16,288 nt of DNA from Candidatus Methylomirabilia bacterium (GCA_041497895.1 JBGQHJ010000113.1:1-16288); one strand, 5' to 3'; positions 1-8,230 are shown, numbered from the stretch's first letter. The notes: generated by a model not told the origin, from the sequence alone. Numbers and translations: made by a program.

Positions 1-2
1 AT

Positions 3-137
3 CGCTACGAGGCGCGGGTCGCGCTGGGGGGCGAGCACTGCATCGTCCTCCGGCTGACCCGGACGCGCGAGTGGCGCGAGGGGGAGCGGGTGCGCCTCGG
101 GTTCCCGCCCGAGATGGTGAGCGTGTGGCCGGCCTGA
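3..137 (+). CDS. ABC transporter ATP-binding protein, C-terminal TOBE-like end (partial, 5' end outside the window)
   Basis: Manual translation from base 3 gives RYEARVALGGEHCIVLRLTRTREWREGERVRLGFPPEMVSVWPA* (TGA 135-137). This is typical of the C-terminal TOBE region of PotA/FbpC-type ATPases, and it overlaps the start of the permease. Confidence 0.75.
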   Translation, partial: RYEARVALGGEHCIVLRLTRTREWREGERVRLGFPPEMVSVWPA

Positions 138-1846
138 CCCGGACCCTCGCGGTCGCCCGGCCGCGCCGGGTCGAGCTGTCCGCGGTACTGTGCACGCTCG
201 TGCTCGCCGCGGTGGCGCTCTGCGTGGTGTTCCCGCTGGCGCTGGTCGCGGTGCAGAGCCTCCAGGTCGCGCCGCCGGGCCAGCCGGCGCGCTACGGCCT
301 CGACGGCTGGCGGGCGGCCCTCGGCGAGCCCGGGCTCCGCTCCGCCCTCGTCAACACGCTCACCGTGACGCTCGCGCGGCAGCTCATCTCGCTGCCCCTC
401 GCGGTGCTGGTGGCCTGGCTCCTGGCCCGCACCGACCTGCCCGGCCGGGGCTGGGTCGAGTTCGCGTTCTGGGCCGCGTTCTTCCTGCCCCCGTTCACGG
501 TGACCCTCAGCTGGATCCTGCTGCTCGATCCCGAGTACGGCCTCGTCAACACCGCGCTCGCGCGACTGCCGCTGGTGGGCGCGGGCCCCTTCAACATCTA
601 CTCGTTCTGGGGCATCGTCTGGGTCCACGTCCTCACCGGATCCCTCACCGTCAAGGTCATCCTGCTCACCCCCGCGTTCCGGAACATGAACGCGGCCTTC
701 GAAGAGGCGTCCCGGGTGGCCGGCGCGGGCACGCTCCGCACCGCGCTCGCCATCACGGTGCCGGTCATGGCCCCGGCCATCCTCTCGGTGCTGCTGCTCG
801 GCACCATGGTGTCGCTGCAGACCTTCGAGGTGGAGCAGGTGCTCGGCCTGCCCTTCCGCTTCTTCGTGTTCAGCACCACGATCTACGACCTGCTCGTCAC
901 CCGCGTGCCGCGCTACGACGCGGCCACCGCGCTCGCGGTCCTGATCCTGGTCGCGATGCTCCCCCTCGTCTTCGCGCAGCAGTGGCTGACGCGGGGCCGC
1001 CGCTACACCACCGTCACCGGCCAGTTCCAGAGCCGGGTCCACCCGCTCGGCCGCTGGCGCGCCCCCGCGACCGGCTTCGTGATGGCGCTGGTCGCGGTGG
1101 TGCTCGGGGTCCCGGTGGTGTTCGCGCTGCTCGGCACCTTCATGAAGCTGTTCGGCTTCTTCCACGTGCCGGACCCGTGGACGCTCGCCAACTGGCAGAA
1201 CGTCCTGGGCGACGACCTGTTCCTCCGCTCGCTGCAGAACACCCTGGTGCTCTCGGTCGGCACCGCGGTGGCCGCGGTCCTCGTGCACTCGCTCATCGCC
1301 TACGTCGTCGTGCGCACCACCTACGCGGGCCGGCGCGTGCTCGACTTCGTCTCCTGGCTGCCGTTCACGGTGCCGGGCATCATCCTGGGGCTGGCCCTGC
1401 TCTGGCTCTTCCTCGGAGTGGGATTCCTGCGCCCGCTCTACGGCACCACCGCGCTCCTCGTCATCGCGGGCGTCATCGCGGGGATGCCGCTCGGGGTGCA
1501 GATCATCCGGAGCGGGCTCCTGCAGCTGAGCGCGGAGCTGGAGGAGGCCTCCCGCATCGCGGGCGCGTCGTGGTGGGCCACCTATCGCCGTATCGTCCTG
1601 CGCCTGATGGCCCCGACCCTGCTCGCGGTGGGCATGATCACGTTCGTGGGCGCGGCCCGCAACATCGGCAACTTCGCCCTGCTCACCACCAGCGCCAACC
1701 GCCCCCTCTCGATCCTCCAGCTCGACTACGTGGCCCAGCGCAAGTTCGAGGAGGCGGTGGTCGTCGCCTGCATCATCATGCTCGTCTCGCTGGCCGGGGC
1801 TCTGCTGGCGCGCCTCATCGGGCTGCGCAGCGGCGGCCTCGGCTGA
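125..1846 (+). CDS. Iron(III)/FbpB-like ABC transporter permease with two fused TM domains
   Basis: Many hydrophobic helices and two EAA loops (FEEASRVAGA, LEEASRIAGA). The start is placed at GTG 125, overlapping the upstream gene end, rather than at 71. The substrate is not determinable from the sequence. Confidence 0.88.
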   Translation: MAGLTRTLAVARPRRVELSAVLCTLVLAAVALCVVFPLALVAVQSLQVAPPGQPARYGLDGWRAALGEPGLRSALVNTLTVTLARQLISLPLAVLVAWLLARTDLPGRGWVEFAFWAAFFLPPFTVTLSWILLLDPEYGLVNTALARLPLVGAGPFNIYSFWGIVWVHVLTGSLTVKVILLTPAFRNMNAAFEEASRVAGAGTLRTALAITVPVMAPAILSVLLLGTMVSLQTFEVEQVLGLPFRFFVFSTTIYDLLVTRVPRYDAATALAVLILVAMLPLVFAQQWLTRGRRYTTVTGQFQSRVHPLGRWRAPATGFVMALVAVVLGVPVVFALLGTFMKLFGFFHVPDPWTLANWQNVLGDDLFLRSLQNTLVLSVGTAVAAVLVHSLIAYVVVRTTYAGRRVLDFVSWLPFTVPGIILGLALLWLFLGVGFLRPLYGTTALLVIAGVIAGMPLGVQIIRSGLLQLSAELEEASRIAGASWWATYRRIVLRLMAPTLLAVGMITFVGAARNIGNFALLTTSANRPLSILQLDYVAQRKFEEAVVVACIIMLVSLAGALLARLIGLRSGGLG

Positions 1847-1855
1847 GGAGCGCCC

Positions 1856-2656
1856 GTGCGTCTATCGAACAAGATCGCGATCGTGACCGGGACCAGCCCC
1901 AACATCGGCGGAGGCATCGCCGAGGCCCTCGCCGAGGAAGGCGCCACCGTCGCCTGCGTGGACGTGGCCCCGGACAACGCCACCCAGTGCGCGGGCGCGA
2001 TCGAGCGCCTCGGGGGCCGGGCGCTCGGCATCGTGTGCGACGTCACCGACGAGCGCCAGGTGGAGGCGATGGTGGCGCGCGTCCGGGACGCCTACGGCGG
2101 CGTGGACATCCTCGTCAACAACGCGGGTATCCTCGGCGGGCAGAGCGTGCTCGACATGCCGGTCGAGCGCTGGAACCGTCAGATCGCGGTCAACCTGACC
2201 GGCACGTTCCTCTGCACCAAGCACGTGGCCCGGCTGATGGTGGAGCAGAAGCGACGGGGCAGCATCGTGGTGGTGGTGTCGACCGCCGGCCACCAGGGCC
2301 AGGCCGGCAACATCGCCTACTCCACGAGCAAGAGCGGGCTGCTCAACTTCACCCGCGCCGCCGCCATGGACCTGGCGCGCCACGGCATCCGGGTCAACAG
2401 CCTGACCCCGACCGCCACCGACACCGACGAGGCGGCCGAGCGCACGGTGGCGTGGGGCCGGCCGCGGCCGGAGCCGCGCGCCCGCGGGCTCGACTTCACG
2501 AAGATGGTGCCGATGGGCAAGCTCCCGAGCCCGCGGCACTACGGCCGCGCCGTCGTCTTCCTGACCTCCGACGACGCGGAGATGGTCACCGGCACCGATC
2601 TCCGGGTGGACGCGGGCGCGATCGCGAAGTACTGGCCCTGGATCCCGAACGCCTGA
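1856..2656 (+). CDS. SDR family NAD(P)-dependent oxidoreductase
   Basis: TGTSPNIGGGIA variant Gly-rich motif, DILVNNAG and catalytic YSTSK. GAGGAG RBS lies just upstream of the GTG start. Confidence 0.92.
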   Translation: MRLSNKIAIVTGTSPNIGGGIAEALAEEGATVACVDVAPDNATQCAGAIERLGGRALGIVCDVTDERQVEAMVARVRDAYGGVDILVNNAGILGGQSVLDMPVERWNRQIAVNLTGTFLCTKHVARLMVEQKRRGSIVVVVSTAGHQGQAGNIAYSTSKSGLLNFTRAAAMDLARHGIRVNSLTPTATDTDEAAERTVAWGRPRPEPRARGLDFTKMVPMGKLPSPRHYGRAVVFLTSDDAEMVTGTDLRVDAGAIAKYWPWIPNA

Positions 2657-2660
2657 CCGA

Positions 2661-2697
2661 CCCCCTCACCCCACCCTCTCCCCAGAGGGGAGAGGGG
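2661..2697. repeat. REP-like extragenic palindrome (CCCCTCACCCC..CCCTCTCCCC-AGA-GGGGAGAGGG) between convergent genes
   Basis: Perfect 10-bp stem at 2674-2683/2687-2696 with an AGA loop, preceded by CCCCTCACCCC. It matches a widespread dispersed bacterial repeat pattern and may double as a bidirectional terminator or mRNA stabiliser. Only one copy is in the window. Confidence 0.7.
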
Positions 2698-2703
2698 TTG
2701 GCG

Positions 2704-3552
2704 CTAGCGCAGCACCGCCTCCGCGATGCGCGTGAGCTCACGGACCATCTCCGGCTCGGACTTCGTGGTCGCCGGCCGCACGATGACGCGGGTCGCACCC
2801 GCGTCGTGGAGCCGCTCGATCAGGTCCCGATCCGCGGGCTGCCCGTGGACCGAGATCGTGAGGGACGCCGGATCGCGCCCCGCCTCCCTGGCCAGCCGAT
2901 CGAGCGTGGCCCGCTTCTCGCGGAGCTGATCCGGCGTCACCCGGTTCGGCAGCCAGCCGTCGCCCCACGCCACCACGCGCTCGAGCACATTCCTCGCGTC
3001 GCCCCCCAGGAGCACCGGAGGATGCGGCTTCTGGGCCGGCTTGGGGTTGGAGCGGACCGGGGGAAAGTCGTAGTACTTACCGTGGAACTCGGCCTCCGGC
3101 TTCGTCCACAGCTCCTTCATGGCCAGGATCGACTCCCGCGTCTGGCTCCAGCGGTGGTCGAAGTCGCCGCCCATGAGCTCGGTCTCCTCCCGCAGCCACC
3201 CGGCCCCGATGCCGAAGAGGAAGCGTCCGCCGCTGAACAGGTCGAGGGTGGACACCTCCTTGGCCAGCAGCAGCGGATGGCGCTCCGGGACCAGCACGAT
3301 ACCGGTCGCGAGCTTGATGCGGCCGGTGGTGCCGGAGGCGCGGGCCAGGGCCACGAAGGGATCGATGAAGTGGGCGTAGGGCTCCGGGATGACGCCGTCG
3401 GGGGAGCCGGGAAAGCGGCTGGTGGTGTGGACCGGGATGAACGGATGCTCCGCGCACCAGAACGACTCGAAGCCGAGCCCCTCCGCGGTACGGGCCATGG
3501 CGCCCACGTCGACGAGATAGGCGGGCAGCGGGACCGAGATGCCGATGTTCAT
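2704..3552 (-). CDS. LLM class (luciferase-like) F420-dependent oxidoreductase, Rv2161c-like
   Basis: GFESFWCAEH, DPFVALA, LLAKEVSTLDLFSGGRFLFGIGAGW, PKPAQKPHPPVLLGG and GDGWLP motifs. A GGGAGG RBS lies upstream. Confidence 0.9.
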   Translation of the reverse strand: MNIGISVPLPAYLVDVGAMARTAEGLGFESFWCAEHPFIPVHTTSRFPGSPDGVIPEPYAHFIDPFVALARASGTTGRIKLATGIVLVPERHPLLLAKEVSTLDLFSGGRFLFGIGAGWLREETELMGGDFDHRWSQTRESILAMKELWTKPEAEFHGKYYDFPPVRSNPKPAQKPHPPVLLGGDARNVLERVVAWGDGWLPNRVTPDQLREKRATLDRLAREAGRDPASLTISVHGQPADRDLIERLHDAGATRVIVRPATTKSEPEMVRELTRIAEAVLR

Positions 3553-3575
3553 GGGAGGTCCTCCCTGGTCGGGGA

Positions 3576-4355
3576 TCAGTCGAAGACGATGCCGCCGTCG
3601 ACGTTGAGCGACTGGCCGGTGATGTTACGCGCGGCCGGCGAGGCGAGGAAGACCGCGACCGCGGCCACGTCCTCCGGATCGTTGGGGCGCCCGAGCGGGA
3701 TGACCGCGTTGCGCCGCCGCGTCATCTCCTCCACCGAGAAGCCCTCGTCGCGCGCGCGGACCGCCACGTTGGCCTCCGAGAGCGCGGTGACCGTGATGCC
3801 GGGGCAGATCGCGTTCACGTTGATGTCGTGGCGGGCGAGCTGCTGGGCCGCGGTGCGGGTGAGCGATATCACGCTGCCCTTGCTCGCCGCGTAGATCGCG
3901 TTCGAGGTGCCCGCGTAACCCTTCCCGGCGATCGACGCAATGTTGACGATGCTGCCGCGGCGCCGCGGAATCATCTCCCGCGCCACCCGCTGCAGGCAGA
4001 AGAACACGCCCTTGGCGTTGACCCGCATGATGCGGTCCCAGTCCTGCTCGGTGAGGTCCATGATGTAGGCGCGGCGGGTGACCCCCGCGTTGTTCACGAG
4101 GACGTCGATGTCGCCGAGCGTCCCGACCACCGCCTGCACCATGCGATCGATCGCGCCCAGGTCGCCCACGTCGGTCTCGAGCGCCAGGCTGCGGGATCCG
4201 AGCGCGGTGATCGCGTCCGCGGTGGCCTTGGCCGCCCCCGCGTCGACGTCGACCGCCGCAACCCGCGCGCCGGCGCGCGCGAGGGCCAGCGCGGTCGCCT
4301 TGCCGATCCCGCTCCCGGCGCCGGTGACGACCGCGACGCGATCCGCTAAGACCAT
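3576..4355 (-). CDS. SDR family oxidoreductase
   Basis: TGAGSGIG, DVLVNNAG, YAASK and NAICPG motifs. The start is placed at ATG 4355 (MVLADRVAVV), downstream of the preceding gene's stop. Confidence 0.92.
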   Translation of the reverse strand: MVLADRVAVVTGAGSGIGKATALALARAGARVAAVDVDAGAAKATADAITALGSRSLALETDVGDLGAIDRMVQAVVGTLGDIDVLVNNAGVTRRAYIMDLTEQDWDRIMRVNAKGVFFCLQRVAREMIPRRRGSIVNIASIAGKGYAGTSNAIYAASKGSVISLTRTAAQQLARHDINVNAICPGITVTALSEANVAVRARDEGFSVEEMTRRRNAVIPLGRPNDPEDVAAVAVFLASPAARNITGQSLNVDGGIVFD

Positions 4356-4368
4356 GCCGGGCCGCCGA

Positions 4369-4725
4369 CTACCGTCGGGCTGCGGGCCGGGGGCTGGACG
4401 GCTCGCCCGCGCTGCCGCCCACAAAGTGAATCGGCTCGCGGCCCTTGAGCGCGGCGGGCGTGATCGCCCACGTGCCGCCGCACGCGGTCGACGCGACCTT
4501 CTCCGCGGTACGGGGCCCCCCGAACGGCAGCGTCAACCCGCTCGTCACCGCTCCCAGGAGACAGAAGCTGGCCTTGATCGGCGCGTACACGAGCGTGGTC
4601 GTCACGCTGCCCACGCCGTACGCGACGTCCTGCGACGTGCTCTCCGCTACGGCGACCCCGGGCCGTGCGGCGGCGAGCAAGGCGATCGTGATCCCCACGA
4701 CGACGAGTCTCGACCTGTGTCTCAT
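4369..4725 (-). CDS. Hypothetical exported/membrane protein
   Basis: GAGGAGG RBS, an N-terminal signal-like hydrophobic stretch ending in AVA, two Cys (CLLG, TACGG) and GC3-biased codons. Confidence 0.7.
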   Translation of the reverse strand: MRHRSRLVVVGITIALLAAARPGVAVAESTSQDVAYGVGSVTTTLVYAPIKASFCLLGAVTSGLTLPFGGPRTAEKVASTACGGTWAITPAALKGREPIHFVGGSAGEPSSPRPAARR

Positions 4726-4767
4726 GCGCGGCGACCTCCTCGATCTGGATTCCTGCGAATCGCGCCC

Positions 4768-4796
4768 AGCCTATCCCGCCGTGGGGGCGCTGTAAA
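4768..4796 (-). promoter_or_regulatory. Putative sigma70 promoter TTTACA-N17-TAGGCT for the hypothetical-SDR-LLM operon
   Basis: Reverse complements of 4791-4796 and 4768-4773 with a 17-nt spacer, upstream of the RBS of the 4725 gene. Confidence 0.55.
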
Positions 4797-4817
4797 GCGC
4801 GCGGCCTCCAGTCGGTA

Positions 4818-5147
4818 TCACGCCTCCGCCTGGGTCGGCCGCCGGAGGAAGACCTCGATCTCCTTCTTGGTCTGCAGGTCCCCAGTGCGGGCCGCCACCT
4901 CGAGGCCGATCGTGTACGCGGCGGCCGCGGCGGCCGGACGGCCCGGCCGCTCGAGAGCGCGGCCGAGGCCGCGATGGGCGGCCGAGTAGTCTGGCTTGAG
5001 CCGGACGGCCTCGACGTACTCCGCCGCGGCCAGGTCGGCCTGCCCCGCGTCCAGGTACGCTCCGGCGAGGCCGAACCGGACCACCGGATCGTCGGGCATC
5101 ATCTCGACCACTTCCTTGAACTCCGCGATCCGATCCCGCTCGGTCAC
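4818..5147 (-). CDS. Tetratricopeptide repeat (TPR) protein
   Basis: TPR patterns PDDPVVRFGLAGAY and LKPDYSAAHRGLGRALE. GTG start. Confidence 0.85.
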   Translation of the reverse strand: MTERDRIAEFKEVVEMMPDDPVVRFGLAGAYLDAGQADLAAAEYVEAVRLKPDYSAAHRGLGRALERPGRPAAAAAAYTIGLEVAARTGDLQTKKEIEVFLRRPTQAEA

Positions 5148-5155
5148 GGCGCCGC

Positions 5156-5299
5156 TCAGCGGTCGAGCCAGGCGGTGAGAACCCGCCCGCCGTAGTCGTA
5201 GCCCAGGTTGGGGCCGTAGTTCTTGATCGTCGGCCGGGGCGCTCGGTGCGCCCGAGAATCCCGGACCTCGAGCTTGACAGACCTGGAATTCGACGCCAT
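5156..5299 (-). other. 47-codon ORF or gene remnant (…TIKNYGPNLGYDYGGRVLTAWLDR*)
   Basis: Manual translation, below the ORF-track size cutoff. The 3' half has protein-like composition and G/C-ending codons, and it stops 8 nt before the TPR gene start. Confidence 0.3.
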
Positions 5300-5302
5300 T
5301 AT
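5274..5302 (+). promoter_or_regulatory. Sigma70 promoter TTGACA-N17-CATTAT upstream of the ATP-grasp gene
   Basis: Perfect -35 hexamer at 5274-5279, a 17-nt spacer and a near-consensus -10 at 5297-5302, followed by an AT-rich leader. Confidence 0.7.
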
Positions 5303-5367
5303 CACTATTGCCGGTCGAGAATAGATATAACTACTTAAACTATTGGAAAAACACGGAGAAGCCTGAC

Positions 5368-6345
5368 ATGACCGTCTCCCTGCACGCCCCGATCGGGATC
5401 CTGGACGAGCACCCCGAGTGGTCGAGCCGGCTCATCGCCGAGCTCCAGGCGCGCTGCCTGCCGTACGAGCGCATCGACCATTCCAACCACGCCTACGACC
5501 CCCGGGACCGTGAGCCCCGGTACTCGGTGATCGTGAACCGGACCAGCCCCTCGTCGGCCACGCGCGGCCACGGAGGCGTCCTCTTCTACGCGGAGGCGCT
5601 GCTCAACCACTACGCCTCGCTCGGGGTGCCGGTGATCAACCCGGTGGCCGCCTACCGCGGTGAGAAGTCGAAGGCGCTCCAGCTCGATCTCCTGGAGCGC
5701 GTCGGCGCGCGCTACCCGCGCACGGTCGTCGTCAATCACCGCGACCAGATCTGGAAGGCGCTCGACCAGGTTCCCTTCCCGCTCGTGGTCAAGCCGAACA
5801 TCGGCGGCTCCGGGGTCGGAATCGTCCGGTTCGCTTCGCGAGAAGAGCTGGAGGCGGCCATCGACCGCCTCGACTTCGGGCCGGACGGCACCGTGCTCGT
5901 GCAGGAGTACCTCGAGTCCGACGAGGGAGCGATCGTCCGGGTGGAGGTGATGGACGGCCGCTATCTCTACGCGATCCGGATCGTGCGCGACGCCGACGCC
6001 GGCTTCAACCTGTGCCCGGCCGACATCTGCCAGGTGCCTCCGCTCGAGGCCTGCCCCGCCGCGCCGAACCCCGGTCTCACCGTCACCCGCTTCGACGCAC
6101 CGGCCGAGGCGATCGAGACGGTGCTGCGGCTCACCCGCGCGGCCTCCATCGACATCGGCGGCGTCGAGTACCTGGTGGCCCGGCGGGACGGGCAGATCTA
6201 CTACTACGACGTCAACGCCACGTCGAACTTCGTGGCCCGCGCGCCGGAGGTGCTCGGATTCGATCCCACCGCGCGCTTCGCCGACTACATCACCCGGGTC
6301 GCCGCGGCCGCCGCGCCCGCTCCCGCCGCGATCCCCGCGTTCTGA
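5368..6345 (+). CDS. RimK-like ATP-grasp ligase (alpha-L-glutamate ligase family)
   Basis: FPLVVKPNIGGSGVGI, VLVQEYL, IGGVEYL and YYDVNATSNF motifs. ATG 5368 is preceded by GGAG; the TTG 5308 extension is rejected. Confidence 0.85.
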   Translation: MTVSLHAPIGILDEHPEWSSRLIAELQARCLPYERIDHSNHAYDPRDREPRYSVIVNRTSPSSATRGHGGVLFYAEALLNHYASLGVPVINPVAAYRGEKSKALQLDLLERVGARYPRTVVVNHRDQIWKALDQVPFPLVVKPNIGGSGVGIVRFASREELEAAIDRLDFGPDGTVLVQEYLESDEGAIVRVEVMDGRYLYAIRIVRDADAGFNLCPADICQVPPLEACPAAPNPGLTVTRFDAPAEAIETVLRLTRAASIDIGGVEYLVARRDGQIYYYDVNATSNFVARAPEVLGFDPTARFADYITRVAAAAAPAPAAIPAF

Positions 6346-6772
6346 CCCCGACCTCGAGGAGGTGGGTGAGACGCCGCCGCGCGTCCTCCCACCCCTTCGT
6401 CCCCAGCTCCCGCAGCACCTGCTCCTGGGCCCGCCTCCACAGCGGCCGCGCCGCCGCGAGCGTGGCCTGGCCCCTGGCGGTCAGGCGCATCGCCTTGACC
6501 CGTCGGTCGGGACTGTCCACCCGCTCGGTGAGCCCGTCCCGCTCGAGCAGGCCCAGGCTGCGCGTGAGGGTCGTCTGGTCGATGGCGAGCGTCTCCTCGA
6601 GCTGCCGGAGGTTGGCCAGGCCCAGGCGCGCGATCGCGGCGAGCATGCTGAACTGGGTCACCCGCAGCCCGCTCGGTCGCAGCGCGTCGTCGTAGAGCTG
6701 CGTGACCACGCGAGTGGCCATGCGGAGGGTGTTGCAGACACAGGGAGAGAGCGGCACCGCGGGTCGCGCCAT
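6290..6772 (-). CDS. MarR family transcriptional regulator (N-terminal CxC type)
   Basis: CVCNTLRMATRVVTQLYDDALRPSGLRVTQFSML…IDQTTLTRSL…DRRVKAMRLTARG winged-helix pattern. Confidence 0.92.
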   Translation of the reverse strand: MARPAVPLSPCVCNTLRMATRVVTQLYDDALRPSGLRVTQFSMLAAIARLGLANLRQLEETLAIDQTTLTRSLGLLERDGLTERVDSPDRRVKAMRLTARGQATLAAARPLWRRAQEQVLRELGTKGWEDARRRLTHLLEVGVRTRGSRRERARRPRRPG

Positions 6773-6816
6773 GGCCCCATCCTAGCAACCGCGACCCCGC
6801 CGGGCAACCGATCAAC

Positions 6817-6830
6817 CATGTAGATACATG
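6817..6830. promoter_or_regulatory. Palindromic operator CATGTA-GA-TACATG, likely the MarR binding site
   Basis: Perfect 6-2-6 AT-rich inverted repeat in the divergent marR/SDR intergenic region. Confidence 0.65.
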
Positions 6831-6916
6831 AATCCTGGTGGCGGGCCCCCGCATCCCAATCGGCAGGAGACGCCCCTACCTCGGCTCACCAAAATCCTTC
6901 GGAGAAGGAGACGTTC

Positions 6917-7669
6917 ATGCGACTCGACGACAAGGTAGCCATCGTGACGGGCGGCGGGACGGGCATCGGCGCGGCCATCGCGGAGACCTTCGCCCGGGAA
7001 GGCGCGCGCGTCACCATCACGGGCCGACGCAAGGACGTCCTCACCGAGGTGGTCGACCGGATCGCGGCGGCGGGTGGTCACGCCCTGGCCGCACCGGGCA
7101 GCGTGACCGACGAGGCCGACGTGCAGCGCGCGGTGCAGTCGACCCTCGCCGCCTTCGGGCGGGTGGACGTGCTGGTCAACAACGCGGGGAGCGCGCTCTA
7201 CGCCGGACCGCTCCACGAGACGCCCGACCAGGCCTGGAACGACATCATCGATGTGTTCCTCACCAGCGTGTTCCGCTTCTCGCGCGCGGTCATCCCCCAC
7301 ATGCTGCGCCAGGGCGGCGGCTCGATCGTCAACATCGGATCGGTGCTGGGGCTCAAGGCCTCACCGGGCTTCCCGGTGCACCCGTACGCCGCCGCCAAGG
7401 CCGGCGTCGCCATGCTCACCCGCACCATCGCGGCGCACTACGCGAAGGACCACATCCGCTGCAACTGCGTCGCGCCGGCCATCACCGACACGCCGCTGAC
7501 CGCTCCTCGGCTCCGCGACCCCGCCGCGCGGCGGGCGATCGAGGCGGCGCACCCGCTCGGCATCGGCACGCCGGAAGACGTGGCCCGGGCCGTCCTCTAC
7601 CTCGCCTCCGACGAGGCGCGGTGGACGACCGGCGCCATCGTCCCGGTGGACGGCGGGGTGATGGCGTAG
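6917..7669 (+). CDS. SDR family oxidoreductase
   Basis: TGGGTGIG, DVLVNNAG and YAAAK motifs. Strong GGAGAAGGAG RBS. Confidence 0.93.
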   Translation: MRLDDKVAIVTGGGTGIGAAIAETFAREGARVTITGRRKDVLTEVVDRIAAAGGHALAAPGSVTDEADVQRAVQSTLAAFGRVDVLVNNAGSALYAGPLHETPDQAWNDIIDVFLTSVFRFSRAVIPHMLRQGGGSIVNIGSVLGLKASPGFPVHPYAAAKAGVAMLTRTIAAHYAKDHIRCNCVAPAITDTPLTAPRLRDPAARRAIEAAHPLGIGTPEDVARAVLYLASDEARWTTGAIVPVDGGVMA

Positions 7670-7750
7670 ACGTCGTCCTCTCCGCGTCGCGCTGGCCAAC
7701 CGGCCCGGGCGTCGGTTACGCTCGGGTGCCATGAGGCGGCTGCCGTCGCG

Positions 7751-8230
7751 ATGACCGAGGCCGAGGCGCTCGCCGCCATCCGAGGCAGCGACCCGGCCCT
7801 CGTGGCCCGGGCGGAGGCCGCGCTCTGGCAGATCTGGTGCCACGCGGGCATCCCCGAGGTCGATCGGCTCTTCCGGCAGGGGGTCGAGGCGATCGAGCGC
7901 CAGGACCTGGACACCGCGCGTCGTGTGTTCACCCGGATCATCGAGCGCGCGCCGCAGTTCGCCGAGGGCTGGAACAAGCGGGCCACGATCCGCTACATGG
8001 CCGAGGATTTCACCGGCGCCATCGCCGATTGCGAGGAGACGCTCCGCCGCAACCCGCACCACTTCGGCGCGCTGTCCGGCCAGGGGCTCTGCCACATGGC
8101 GCTCGGCCAGTATCGCGAGGCGGCCGCGCTCTTCCGGCGCACCCTCGAGGTCCATCCCCACCTGGCGTCGGCCTCGCGCAACCTCGCGGCGGCGCTCGCC
8201 GAGGCGGTCAAGGGCAACGGCCACCTCTGA
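7751..8230 (+). CDS. TPR protein
   Basis: LWQIWC, PQFAEGWNKRAT and PHHFGALSGQGLC TPR motifs. Confidence 0.88.
   Translation: MTEAEALAAIRGSDPALVARAEAALWQIWCHAGIPEVDRLFRQGVEAIERQDLDTARRVFTRIIERAPQFAEGWNKRATIRYMAEDFTGAIADCEETLRRNPHHFGALSGQGLCHMALGQYREAAALFRRTLEVHPHLASASRNLAAALAEAVKGNGHL

Noticed and set aside
5..1288. 427-aa minus-strand ORF rich in His/Glu/Gln
   Set aside because: It is the antisense shadow of the hydrophobic permease codons.
190..3894. 1234-aa plus-strand ORF
   Set aside because: It is an Arg/Gly/Pro-rich off-frame shadow of the permease, SDR and LLM genes, expected in high-GC DNA, and has no domain motifs.
5308..5367. TTG-start extension of the ATP-grasp ORF (MPVENRYNYLNYWKN…)
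   Set aside because: This is the AT-rich 5' leader immediately downstream of the promoter, and ATG 5368 has a proper RBS.
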